From Candidatus Latescibacterota bacterium (lineage in GTDB: Bacteria > Latescibacterota > UBA2968 > GCA-2709665): DNA of 64,000 nt. The notes beneath the pieces were generated by a model. It had not been told where the DNA came from and did no database searches. It saw only the letters and a list, made by a program, of their open reading frames with translations. Below, piece by piece: positions 48,096 through 58,136 of the stretch; positions within the stretch are counted from its first letter, which is position 1, and each line of letters opens with the position of its first letter. Made by a program: the position numbers and the translations under genes. Location of the stretch: assembly GCA_965248435.1 (NCBI GenBank), contig OZ252100.1:2144001-2208000 (forward strand), given 5' to 3'.

Positions 48096-49418
48096 GGTTC
48101 ATCACCGATTTCCGGGGAAGGCGTGGCGGATTCTAAGAAAGAAATAATTATCATCCCTGAAGCCATATGCCATCCGCTTGATGACCTTGATTTTGTTGTT
48201 AATTCCCTCAATCAGGCTTGTCCCGATGGGATAGTCACAGTGAGCTAGGATTCCTGGCATATACGTCTTCAGATTGCGTGCGAATTTCTTGAGTGGCTCG
48301 ATCTTGCTGTAGATGGCGCGTCGATACCACTGATTCCAGAATCTGTTGGCCGCAGCTCTGGATCGATAAGACCAGAGATGATTGAGATCCTCTTTGAGGA
48401 GGTATACCGTGTAGAGGCGTTTGTTTGCAGAAAGCAATTCTCTTAGCGACACTCTGTCTTCTTTGCTCGTGACATTTGCTTTGCTGCGCAGGAGCAACCA
48501 CCGTTGGTTCTGAGTCACTTTGCGATCGGGTCGGCCACCGCGCACCCGACCCAGTTCGTCGATGCGTACTCGCTCGACGACGTCGCGGTTGTACTTGGCT
48601 TTAACGTGATACAGGTCATAGATGATGTCCACATCCGGACAATGGGATCGCACCTCCTCTTCGTAGGCACCGTTCATGTCCATCGCCACGGCCTCAAGTT
48701 GCTTGCAGCCTTCTTCTCCAAGGAGGTGGAAAAACGGGCGGATGTCCTCTCGACTTCGGCCGCGACCCACCCATAGGACACGCTTGGTCTCCATGTCAAC
48801 AATCACTGTGGCGTAGCGATGGCCCTTTTGGATCGCAAATTCGTCCATGCCGATCACCGTGACCCTGGCAAAATCCGGCGGTTCCAGCTCTTGCTGGAGA
48901 TGGGTCTTGTGAATGCGCTTCACGGTATTCCAGCTCATCCCATAGGTGCTGTGCCACGTGCTGGATGGGCAGGACTTCGCACAATCGAACAACACTTTCA
49001 GCCAGGCGTTGAGTGACCCGTGAATACCGATCCAGCCAGTCAATCTGCTCCGTCCGGCAGCCACATCGGGGACATAGGACGCGCCGGGAGTGCACGATCA
49101 GCCTGGTTCGAGACCCCCAGATCGGCAAATCCTGAGCAAATCGCACTGCCCAATCATGAACCCGGTACGCCTTCTTCCCGCAACCACCACACCGAGGAAG
49201 GCGGCCTGTCTTGGGACGTAACTCGACTCCAACAACGTCTGCTTCCTGACGTTGAATGCCAACTACCACAAACCCTTGCCACCTACCCAGTAAGGATATA
49301 CTTTGCACCTGAGACAACGCGCTCTCCTTTCTACCTTCAGGTTTATAGAGGATACTCTGAAGATAGGTCGGATGCCGTTGTCTCGTCTATTTTCTACCCC
49401 AACATTTGACGAAGAACC
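48096..49418 (-). mobile_element. ISL3-family insertion sequence
   Basis: Imperfect inverted repeats GGTTCATCACC.. / GGTTCTTCGTC..; flanks TTTAGCAA and TTTA-CAA. Confidence 0.85.
48102..49317 (-). pseudogene. ISL3 transposase, frameshifted
   Basis: N-terminal CxxC zinc finger in ORF 48796-49317; GMDEFA, MDMNGAY, EGINNKIKVIKRMAYGFR in ORF 48102-49064; frame change near 48945. Confidence 0.85.
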
Positions 49419-49561
49419 TTTACAAAGGGGGGCAGGGGGGATTTGAATTTCGAGAAATCAAAGACTGAACTGAATTTCATCCGACAGGACGCTCGAACCT
49501 TCCCTCCTTCAGGGAGGCCGCGCCCCGCTGCTTCTTCGATGCTCGGGGGATAGGCCCACAA

Positions 49562-50749
49562 CTATTCCAGCCCGATCGCGCCGTCGTGCTCGACGATGAC
49601 AGCCCTGTCGTACGGCTTCCCCGGGTACCCGGCCACGTCCTCTTCGTTGAGTTCGATCCCCAGCCCAGGGCTCTCCGGGAGCTCCAGGTGGCCATCCTTG
49701 ATCCGAGGCGTGGGCGAGAACAGATCCTTCACGAACGGGTCCTCAGGGTTTATGTGACATTCCTGAATCAGAAAGTTGGGGATGCTGGCGTCGATGTGTG
49801 CGCAAACAAGGAGCGACACGGGTCCGCAGGCCTGATGGGGCGCCACCGTCACATGATAAAGCTCGCACAGGAAGGCCCACTTGACGGTCTCGAAAATGCC
49901 GCCGTTGACCAAGGGCTCGGGTTGCAGGATATGCAAGGCGCGCTTCTCCAGGAGCCCGCGCAGTTGCTCACGGTTGACACACCGTTCGCCCCCGGCGATG
50001 GGGATGGAGGTCTTCATCTTCGCCTCAACCAGGGCATCGGGGTTCTCCGTGAGGGTGGGTTCCTCCAGGAACAAGGGATGATAAGGCTCGATTGCCTGCG
50101 CCAGACGCACAGCCTCGGTGACCGAGAAGCTGCGGCCGTGGTAATCAAGGCAGATGTCTATGTCGTCGCCAACGGCCTCGCGAACGGATCGCACCCGTTC
50201 CACCGCGTCCCGGTGGATCTCTTCCGGGCCCTTGGCCTTGTAGTCAATCGGTTGGGGTGTAAATTTGACTGCTGTAAAGCCCTCATCCACACGCGCCTGG
50301 CACGCTCCGACGAGGTCATCACCTCCCAGGTCGAAATGCCGCGGCTCGCACAAGGGGCCGCTGGCGTACAACCGGATGCGGTCGCGCGTCGGGCCGCCCA
50401 GCATCTTGTAAACCGGCAGACCGCACGCCTTGCCCGCGATATCCCACAATGCCTGCTCCACCGCGCTGAGCGCGGACAAAGTCGCCGTGCCGAGGGGGTA
50501 GCGCAGGCCCCGGTAGATCGCCTGCCAGTTGTGCAGAATGCGAGTGGGGTCCTTGCCCACCAGCCATCGCTCGAATTTCCGCAACGCGCCTTCGATCGGT
50601 TCGTCGAGGCCGTGGAACGCTTCTCCCAGGCCCTCGATCCCTTCGTCGGTGTAGACCTTCACCAAGACCGTATTCTTCGCCCAGCCCGTGCCCCAGCTCA
50701 CCTTGCGACCGGGGTTGACGGTGAAAACGTTCAAGTGTGTGATTTTCAC
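49562..50749 (-). CDS. Mandelate racemase/enolase superfamily acid-sugar dehydratase (DgoD-like)
   Basis: TDEGIEGLGE, ALWDIAGK..GLPVYKMLGG, DYHGR, FLEEP, AGGE, APH, PGLGIE. Confidence 0.88.
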   Translation of the reverse strand: MKITHLNVFTVNPGRKVSWGTGWAKNTVLVKVYTDEGIEGLGEAFHGLDEPIEGALRKFERWLVGKDPTRILHNWQAIYRGLRYPLGTATLSALSAVEQALWDIAGKACGLPVYKMLGGPTRDRIRLYASGPLCEPRHFDLGGDDLVGACQARVDEGFTAVKFTPQPIDYKAKGPEEIHRDAVERVRSVREAVGDDIDICLDYHGRSFSVTEAVRLAQAIEPYHPLFLEEPTLTENPDALVEAKMKTSIPIAGGERCVNREQLRGLLEKRALHILQPEPLVNGGIFETVKWAFLCELYHVTVAPHQACGPVSLLVCAHIDASIPNFLIQECHINPEDPFVKDLFSPTPRIKDGHLELPESPGLGIELNEEDVAGYPGKPYDRAVIVEHDGAIGLE

Positions 50750-50853
50750 GTGTGTGCTCCGTAGACACGCATCAGTTCAGTGGCCCTCACCGCTTCTGCC
50801 TTTTCAATCCGCACTCCGCAATCCGCATTCCGCAATCTCCTGCCTTTCCCGAT

Positions 50854-50888
50854 CCCCGGTACCCGTGTTCTGGTTTCCCGGTACCCGG
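50854..50888. repeat. Single-unit copy of the GGTACC repeat family
   Basis: CCCCGGTACCCGTGTTCTGGTTTCCCGGTACCCGG. Confidence 0.8.
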
Positions 50889-50891
50889 TCT

Positions 50892-53048
50892 TCACATTTC
50901 CACATATATCGGACTCGACCAGGCCCTTCCGCCATCGGTCTGCAGCACGCGGACCCAATAGGGGTTACAACCCTGCGCCAGGTCCTTATCCTGAAACGTG
51001 AAGGCTGCTTCGTGCCCGACCCCGATCGGGAGCGATTCGAACACCACCTGAATATCCACGCCGCCGCACGCCACCTTCACGGGTCCATCGGCGATCTGAC
51101 CCAGTGAAACGGAATGGTTCACGACCTGGGTCCTGAAGTCGAGCACCGCATCCGCCCGTGCATCAAGGTTCAGGATCACCCCGTCCGCATCACCGGTCGT
51201 CACCGATTTCCACGTCACCTTTCGGTCGGATGAATCCTGAATCCCCTCAGCAGGCGTGTCGAAGGCATACCCTTCCACGTCGACGATCCGTCCTTGATCG
51301 AGTGAGACTGAACCGTCCCATCTCACCAGTCGATTCCGCGCCAGAATCCGCTGTCCCGACCACGCGATCCTCACCCGGTTCGGGTCGCGTTCGACCTGCT
51401 CGGGAAAACTGTAGATCTTGTCCAGCCCCCGGAAAAGATCTACCCGTTCGATCGGCGCCGTACCCTGAACCCGCACCGAGATCTCCGGCGGGGCAATGGC
51501 CTGGAATTCCGACCCCATCGGACTTCCGTCCGCCGTCACCTCAAGGAGGGTGCGCTGGCCAGACGTCCCGTAGCATCGTCGCGCCTTCAGGGCCTCCCAG
51601 ATCCCCTCCCTCGTCAGCGTCTCCGCGAAAACGCACGTCAACCCGCCGTAGACCCCGAAAGATCCACTGCCGGGATGGGCCGCGCCGGGGCGTCCCTTGT
51701 GGTCGTCGCTTCCGGCCGTGAACCCGACGCGATATCCTTTTGCAAGGGCGTCCCGGAGAAACCACTCGAACTCTCCCCACTCCGAGTAGACCTCGATCAC
51801 CGGCTCCAGGACCGGGTCGCGCCACGCCAGGTTTGCGTAGCGTCCCCCCACGTGCGGAACCACGAGGGCCTCCTCGCCCTTCAGCGCATTGTGTAAATCC
51901 GTCACGTGTGTGCAGTCTCCGCCCGTGTCCGACTTGTCCGGGACCAACACGTGGCTGGACCGGTAAAGCGGCCCGTCATCCGCCAGGTAGTAGACGTTGC
52001 GATCCCCCCCCAGCGGCGTATTGCCGGACCACTCGTAGCCCACGAACGCAACGAACGCGCCCGGCGCGTTCTGGGAGTTTGCCTGTTTTTTGATCTCCTC
52101 CCAGACCTCCCGGGTGATCTGAAAATCGTTCCCCTGATGTCCGGCGAAGTCGATCATCGCAGAATCACGTGCGAATCGAAAGTATGAGGAGACCGGATTC
52201 GTTCCCACGGTCTCTTCACTCTGTCCGTGCAGGTCCCCCCAGAAAGGTCGATAGCGGCCCGCAGCTTCCACACAGCGCAGCGGATTCCCTTCCGCGGTCA
52301 GACCGTTTTCGAGATCTTCCACCCGGACCCTGTAAACACCGTCACGAGGTGCTTTCACACCCTCGAATCTCTTCACACCCTCATCTCCCACCCCGAACCG
52401 ATGCTCATCAGGAAGGCCCTCCAGATCCCCCGCATCGATCCGCACAGCGCCTTCATACGCGCGGCTCGGATTCCCCCAAAGATCTTCCGCCTTCACCCCC
52501 ACCCACGTCCCTTCTCCGGGTGTCGTGTTGGAGGGACACACGACCACGAGCCTGTCCGCCGGGCCGCTCTTTATCTCTACGGTCGGAGAGGGCACTTCGG
52601 TGTAGACCCACGTGCCGCACCAATCCACCGCGACGCGAAACTCGAACGCCTCCTTGCAGAACGTCTGCGCCCGGCTGCCCGGACTCCCCTGCGACCTGTC
52701 GCCCAGGGTCAGCGTCACCGTGTCGCCTTCCGACAGCGAGTCGTCGAACACGTCGATCGTCACGCAGAGCCGCCAGGGACGGACGTAGCGCTGCTTCTCG
52801 AACGCCGCGCGCAGTGATACCGGACCGGTCGTCGCGACAGATGCGTATGCCGACGCCTCTGGATCCGTAAATTGAGGCGCCTTCCAGTCACTCACATCTC
52901 GCCACGCGATCTTGATCACCCCTCCATCGTCCACCCCGTACCTGCCTGCGTGGTACGTAATCCGCCAGGTCCCTGTCGATCCAGCTACGACCGGGCCATC
53001 CGGATCGATCTCCGCCCAGCCGTAATCTCTCCTGATGTCCGAGTCCAT
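50892..53048 (-). CDS. DUF3604 / PHP-like metallohydrolase domain protein
   Basis: FWGDLHGQS, GYEWS, GFTAGSDDH, RRCYGTSG, AWSSPI. Confidence 0.8.
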   Translation of the reverse strand: MDSDIRRDYGWAEIDPDGPVVAGSTGTWRITYHAGRYGVDDGGVIKIAWRDVSDWKAPQFTDPEASAYASVATTGPVSLRAAFEKQRYVRPWRLCVTIDVFDDSLSEGDTVTLTLGDRSQGSPGSRAQTFCKEAFEFRVAVDWCGTWVYTEVPSPTVEIKSGPADRLVVVCPSNTTPGEGTWVGVKAEDLWGNPSRAYEGAVRIDAGDLEGLPDEHRFGVGDEGVKRFEGVKAPRDGVYRVRVEDLENGLTAEGNPLRCVEAAGRYRPFWGDLHGQSEETVGTNPVSSYFRFARDSAMIDFAGHQGNDFQITREVWEEIKKQANSQNAPGAFVAFVGYEWSGNTPLGGDRNVYYLADDGPLYRSSHVLVPDKSDTGGDCTHVTDLHNALKGEEALVVPHVGGRYANLAWRDPVLEPVIEVYSEWGEFEWFLRDALAKGYRVGFTAGSDDHKGRPGAAHPGSGSFGVYGGLTCVFAETLTREGIWEALKARRCYGTSGQRTLLEVTADGSPMGSEFQAIAPPEISVRVQGTAPIERVDLFRGLDKIYSFPEQVERDPNRVRIAWSGQRILARNRLVRWDGSVSLDQGRIVDVEGYAFDTPAEGIQDSSDRKVTWKSVTTGDADGVILNLDARADAVLDFRTQVVNHSVSLGQIADGPVKVACGGVDIQVVFESLPIGVGHEAAFTFQDKDLAQGCNPYWVRVLQTDGGRAWSSPIYVEM

Positions 53049-53333
53049 TTCACTCCTTTTTCCGGCCTGAATCGATTTCGAAAGGATCTATGATACGTAT
53101 TATTGAGAGTGCTGGCAAAGTCATTCACCTTTCCTAAAGGCAGACCGCGGGACGACGGACGGCAGACCGCCGGATAGAATGCACTTGATTTTCAAGGTTT
53201 AAGCGGTCTGTGGTCAGCCGTCTGCGGTCAATTACTGCGTCTTCCTAAAAGAACCTTATGCTTGACCCCTTATTTCATCTGGGTTACCTTTTCCACCGAG
53301 TTGGATTTCTCACGTGCCCTTCTCTTCGCGCCT

Positions 53334-53582
53334 ATGACATCCAAGCCTCCGATCGTCAGAATATACTCAAAACCGGACTGCCATCTCTGCGACATCGCAA
53401 AGGAACGCGTCGTTAACGTGCGTCGACGGGTCGACTTCGATCTCCAGGTCGTGGACATCTCGACCGATCCGGAGCTCCTCGAGAAGTATGAACAGCGCAT
53501 CCCCGTCGTCACGATCGACGGTGAAGAGGCCTTCGTCTACCGCGTGAGCGAAAAGCAGCTCGAAAAGAGACTCTCCGGATGA
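53334..53582 (+). CDS. Glutaredoxin-like protein (DUF836)
   Basis: YSKPDCHLCD, VDI..D.EL..KY...IPVV. Confidence 0.88.
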   Translation: MTSKPPIVRIYSKPDCHLCDIAKERVVNVRRRVDFDLQVVDISTDPELLEKYEQRIPVVTIDGEEAFVYRVSEKQLEKRLSG

Positions 53583-53947
53583 ACCTCTCCGAACCCGAAA
53601 AAGTCGCCGTCCTCCTCATCGCCCTGGGGCGAGAGCGGGCAGAAAAGATCCTGAATCAGCTCGGCCCGGACGATCTGGTCACCATCATCGATGCGATGAA
53701 AAACGTAAAGAACGTTACGGCCGAAGTCCGCCGCGCCGTCCTGGAAGAGGTGAATGAGATCCTCCTCGATCCGGGCACTGCTTCAGAGACCGGCGGCGGG
53801 CCGTCCAAAAGGCGAGAGATCCTGGGACGCATCCAACCACTCCTCCCCGATCGAATCGAGCCTGACGGGATCGACTGGGATGCTGCGGGGTTCGACTTCG
53901 GGGATCCCTGGCCCCGGCGTCCCCCCCCTCCGGATGACGAATCATGA
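53579..53947 (+). CDS. Small protein with FliG N-terminal-like domain
   Basis: LSEPEKVAVLLIALGRERAEKIL..L...D...I...M......V..EV..AVLEE resembles the FliG N-terminus; only 122 aa. Confidence 0.65.
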   Translation: MNLSEPEKVAVLLIALGRERAEKILNQLGPDDLVTIIDAMKNVKNVTAEVRRAVLEEVNEILLDPGTASETGGGPSKRREILGRIQPLLPDRIEPDGIDWDAAGFDFGDPWPRRPPPPDDES

Positions 53948-55314
53948 GCTCGGAGGACCTCTTCTACCCGTCCCCGCCCGAAGCCCCTCTGGCGGACCGC
54001 ATGCGTCCCCGAACACTAGACGAAGTCTGGGGACAGGATCACCTCGTCGGTCCCTATGCACCGCTCCGACAGATGATCGAGTCCGATCACCTGCCCTCCA
54101 TCATCTTCTGGGGTCCGCCCGGGTCCGGGAAGACCACGCTTGCCCGTATCATGGCACACGTCACGAAGAGTCGCTTCGTCGCCTTCAGCGCTGTCACCTC
54201 CGGCGTGAAGGAGGTCAGGGGGATCGTCGCTGAGGCCAAGGAAGAGCGTCGTGTTGGACGACAGACCATCCTCTTCGTCGACGAGATCCACCGGTTCAAC
54301 CGCGCGCAGCAGGACGCCTTCCTGCCGCACGTGGAAGACGGCACGATCGTCCTGATCGGTGCCACGACCCTCAATCCCTCGTTCGAGATCAACGCCGCCC
54401 TCCTTTCGCGAACGCGTGTCTTCGTCTTGAACCCCCTCGAGCCGGATGCGATTCGAAAGGTTTTGGATCAGGCCCTTTCCGATTCCGAGCGTGGGTTGGC
54501 CCCCTTCAAAGCAGATCCGGACGCCCTCGACCTGATCGCGAATGTTGCCGAAGGGGACGCGCGCCGCGCCCTCAACACCCTCGAAGTGGCCACGACCTCG
54601 CTCGGACAGGAACCGGAGCGGAATGGAAAGGTCACCGTCCAGACCGTGGAAAGGATCCTGGGACACAAGTCCCTCCTCTACGACAAATCCGGCGAGGAAC
54701 ATTACAACCTGATCTCCGCCTTTCACAAAAGCCTGCGGGGCAGCGACCCGCAGGCCTCGCTCTACTGGCTGGCCCGGATGATGGAGGCTGGCGAAGACCC
54801 GCACTACATCCTGAGGCGGATGATTCGCTTCGCCTCCGAAGACGTCGGCAACGCCGATCCCCGCGCCCTTTCCGTCTCGATTGCGGCCAGGGAGTCCTAC
54901 GACTTCCTCGGCAGTCCGGAAGGGGACCTCGCCATCGCGCAGGCCACGGTATACCTGGCTACAGCCCACAAAAGTAATGCGGTCTACGCGGCCTATGGAG
55001 AGGCCCGTCACGACGTTCAGGAGCAACCCAACCTCCCCGTCCCACTCCACATCCGAAACGCGTCGACCTCGCTGATGAAGGAACTGGGCTACGGGGAAGG
55101 CTACCGCTACGCCCACGTTGACCCGGATGCCTACCTGCCTCAGGACTACCTCCCGGATAACCTCAGGGGCCGCAAGTACTACGCGCCGACGGACCGCGGC
55201 TACGAGCAGCGAATCGGGGAGTTGATGGCGTGGTGGGAGGGGCTCAGAAGACAGAAGTCAGGCCCCGGAATTCCGGATTCGGAAGAGGGCGGAAGTGCGC
55301 ATTCTCATGAATGA
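53944..55314 (+). CDS. rarA: Replication-associated recombination protein A (MgsA)
   Basis: PLADRMRP, WGPPGSGKTT, DEIHRFN..QQD, HYNLISAFHKSLRGSD, SEDVGNADP. Confidence 0.95.
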   Translation: MSSEDLFYPSPPEAPLADRMRPRTLDEVWGQDHLVGPYAPLRQMIESDHLPSIIFWGPPGSGKTTLARIMAHVTKSRFVAFSAVTSGVKEVRGIVAEAKEERRVGRQTILFVDEIHRFNRAQQDAFLPHVEDGTIVLIGATTLNPSFEINAALLSRTRVFVLNPLEPDAIRKVLDQALSDSERGLAPFKADPDALDLIANVAEGDARRALNTLEVATTSLGQEPERNGKVTVQTVERILGHKSLLYDKSGEEHYNLISAFHKSLRGSDPQASLYWLARMMEAGEDPHYILRRMIRFASEDVGNADPRALSVSIAARESYDFLGSPEGDLAIAQATVYLATAHKSNAVYAAYGEARHDVQEQPNLPVPLHIRNASTSLMKELGYGEGYRYAHVDPDAYLPQDYLPDNLRGRKYYAPTDRGYEQRIGELMAWWEGLRRQKSGPGIPDSEEGGSAHSHE

Positions 55315-55344
55315 CGAAATCCTCCGCTCTGTCTCCTGACCATC

Positions 55345-56220
55345 GTGGTCGCCCTTATCCTCATCGTAGGCGTCGCCTCCTCCTCTGCCGCGGCCATCCT
55401 CGTCAGACTCTGTGACGCACCCCCCCTCGTCATCGCGACCTACCGGCTGGGCATCTCCGCCTGTATTGTTCTTCCCCTGGCGATCCTGAAGTACCGAAAT
55501 CACCTCATCTCTACAACCCCTCGAGAGCGACTTACCCTGCTGCTCAGCGGCGGCTGCCTGGGCATCCACTTCGCGTTCTGGATCACCTCACTCTTCCATA
55601 CCTCGGTCGCCAGTGCGGTATTCCTCGTCTGCACGAACCCCATTTTCGTCGCCATCGGCGGCTGGCTTTTCCTCAAGGAGAAGATGAGCCCCGCTCAAGC
55701 CCTCGGTACGGCCGTTGCCCTCGCGGGCGTGGGCATCGTCGCGCGCAGCGATCTGGGTTCCGGCGAGCACGGCCTTTTTGGAGACCTGCTCGCGCTCGCG
55801 GGCGCGGCCTTAATGTCAGCTTACCTGCTGATCGGTCGCGCTCAGCGGCCCAACCTCGGCCTCGTCCCCTACATCACAGGCGTCTACTCGACCGCTGCGG
55901 TAGTGCTCATCCTCCTGACCTTGGCGGAGGGCCATCCGTTCACCGGTTACAGCCGCCAGACCTATCTGCTTTTCCTGCTGCTCGCACTCGTCCCCCAGAT
56001 CCTCGGCCACGGCTCCATCAACTATGCCCTGAGCCGAGTCTCTCCCTCCGTCATCGCACTCGCCTTTCTGGGCGAGCCGATCGGCAGTTCGGTCCTGGCC
56101 TACTTCGTGCTGGACGAGGCCCCGACCCTGCTGCTGATGGCCGGCTCCGTTGTCATCCTCTTCGGCATCGGACTGGCGACCTGGCCTCGGGCCAGTAAAC
56201 CCGTATTTCGTATCTCGTGA
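55345..56220 (+). CDS. DMT/EamA family transporter
   Basis: About 10 TM segments; HFAFW..SL..TSVA, GEPIGS. Confidence 0.9.
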   Translation: MVALILIVGVASSSAAAILVRLCDAPPLVIATYRLGISACIVLPLAILKYRNHLISTTPRERLTLLLSGGCLGIHFAFWITSLFHTSVASAVFLVCTNPIFVAIGGWLFLKEKMSPAQALGTAVALAGVGIVARSDLGSGEHGLFGDLLALAGAALMSAYLLIGRAQRPNLGLVPYITGVYSTAAVVLILLTLAEGHPFTGYSRQTYLLFLLLALVPQILGHGSINYALSRVSPSVIALAFLGEPIGSSVLAYFVLDEAPTLLLMAGSVVILFGIGLATWPRASKPVFRIS

Positions 56221-56474
56221 AGCGTATCTCGTAATTCCGTCGTTCGTCTCAGGTCGCGTCCTGTAGGACACGACCGACTCGTCTTTCGCAGACCCCTCCC
56301 TCGCTAGAGCAATCCACCCTGGCGAAATCAACGTCCTCCGATAATTCACTGTGACCCTCGCTGCGCCCCCTTCCCTTTAGGGAAGGGGGCCGGGGGATAT
56401 GTCCGAGATACGAAAAAATCGGGCGCCCAGTCCTGAGCGCCCGATCGACTTGCAACAACGATCCATTCGGCCGA

Positions 56475-56807
56475 TCACATAGGAGCGACCAGTTTCTCCC
56501 GTAAGACAAACAGCGAGATCGCAACGACCGCGCTGAGCACCAGGACGATCCCCGCCGGCATCACCTTGCGCGTCCGGATCAGTCTGCTCAAGAATACACC
56601 CGCCAAGAGCACGGCCAGCATCCCGCCGATCAGGAATCCCTGGGCCGGATCATTCTGGCTCGTCCGCAGGGCAAGAAGCGCCGCGAGCCCGCTGAGGCTT
56701 CCGGCAATAAGGGAGACCGTGCTGCCCGCCTTCAGTTTTCCCATGATCCCTCCCAGGATCAGCAGGAGGGCGTATACGCCCAGGATGATTTGCCCTGCCT
56801 CCAGCAT
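56475..56807 (-). CDS. TMEM14 family small membrane protein
   Basis: YALLLILGGIMG..KAGS..SLIAG...R...TRKVMPAG. Confidence 0.85.
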   Translation of the reverse strand: MLEAGQIILGVYALLLILGGIMGKLKAGSTVSLIAGSLSGLAALLALRTSQNDPAQGFLIGGMLAVLLAGVFLSRLIRTRKVMPAGIVLVLSAVVAISLFVLREKLVAPM

Positions 56808-56851
56808 ATTTTCCTCCTAACTCACGAAACGCTTCGCCAAGTCACCCCAGG

Positions 56852-58051
56852 CTACAAACCTGGGTCCTGTCTGATAACGCCGGCCTCGCTCAGCCGCTCG
56901 ATTTCCTGGGTCGAACACCCAAATGAGTCCAGCACCTCGTCTGTGTGTTGACCTAAGGTCGGCGCAGGCAGCCGGACGGTCGCAGGTGTCTCGGAAAGCT
57001 TCGTCGGAACGCCGATGTTCCGGACCGGACCGGCGATAGGGTGTTCCAGCTCCACGACCATCTCCCGTGCCTGGACGTGCGGGTCAGCGTAGACTTCCTC
57101 CATGTCACTGATCGGACCGCACGGCAGGCCGGAATCCCTGAGCAGATCCAGCCAGCGCTCCGTCGTGCTCGCCTTGAAGGTCTCTTCCAGGATTCTGGTC
57201 AGTTCCTTCACGTTTTTCATCCGGTCCGCGTTGCTCCCGAACCTGGGATCCTGAATCAGGTCCGTTCGCCCGATCGCCTTGCAGAGTCGCTCCCAGTTCG
57301 CCTGGTTGGGTGCGCCGAGCGTGATGTGTCCGTCACTCGTCGAAAACGCCTGGTAAGGGGCACCGAGTTGATGGGCGGAGCCCAATCGTTTCGGGGCGAC
57401 CCCGCTGGCAAAGAACATGGCCGATTCCCAAATCGTATACGCGATGCCCGCCTCCAGGAGCGACGTATCCACGTGCTGTCCCTGCCCGGTCTTCTGTCGA
57501 CTCACGAGGGCACAGACAATGCCGAAGGCTCCGTAGGCACCCGCGTTCAGATCGGTGATCGGTACACCCACCTTGGCCGGCGGTGAATCCGGATGCCCGG
57601 TTAAGCTCATCAGGCCGCTCATCCCCTGGGCAATCAAGTCGAATCCAGGACGATCCCGGTAGGGGCCCGTCATCCCGAACCCGGAAATCGAGCAGTAGAT
57701 CAGTGAACCGTTCACTTCTCTCAGATCGTCGTAGCCCAAACCCAGTCGGTCCAGCGCCCCCGGGCGCAGGTTCTGGACGAACACATCCGCCTGGGCTGCC
57801 ATGCGCCTCAGCAGTTCGGCACCCGCTCCCTGCTTCAGGTCGATCACGATGCTTCGCTTGTTGCGATTGATTCCCAGAAACGCCGCCGACTCCCCGTTCA
57901 CAAATGGAGGCCCAAAGCGTCTGATATCGTCGCCGTCGGGCTTTTCGATCTTCACGACATCTGCACCCATGTCTGCAAGCAGCATCGTGCAGAACGGCCC
58001 CGCCATCATCTGCGTGCAGTCCAGCACCCGTATGCCATCCAGCGGCCCCAT
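56852..58051 (-). CDS. Family III CoA-transferase (CaiB/BaiF)
   Basis: PLDGIRVLD, AGP, GADVVKIE, NRNKRS, SISGFG.TGP, DLIAQ. Confidence 0.93.
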   Translation of the reverse strand: MGPLDGIRVLDCTQMMAGPFCTMLLADMGADVVKIEKPDGDDIRRFGPPFVNGESAAFLGINRNKRSIVIDLKQGAGAELLRRMAAQADVFVQNLRPGALDRLGLGYDDLREVNGSLIYCSISGFGMTGPYRDRPGFDLIAQGMSGLMSLTGHPDSPPAKVGVPITDLNAGAYGAFGIVCALVSRQKTGQGQHVDTSLLEAGIAYTIWESAMFFASGVAPKRLGSAHQLGAPYQAFSTSDGHITLGAPNQANWERLCKAIGRTDLIQDPRFGSNADRMKNVKELTRILEETFKASTTERWLDLLRDSGLPCGPISDMEEVYADPHVQAREMVVELEHPIAGPVRNIGVPTKLSETPATVRLPAPTLGQHTDEVLDSFGCSTQEIERLSEAGVIRQDPGL

Positions 58052-58136
58052 AGGCGTCGTTCGTTGTTCGTCGTTCGTTGATCGTTCTGGAGAATCAGCC
58101 AATCCGCAATCCCCAATCCGCAATCCGCAATGCAAT

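Noticed and set aside
55307-55345. Possible frameshift between an ATG overlapping the rarA stop and the DMT frame
   Set aside because: Cannot be distinguished from a genuine GTG start at 55345 or a sequencing indel without reads.
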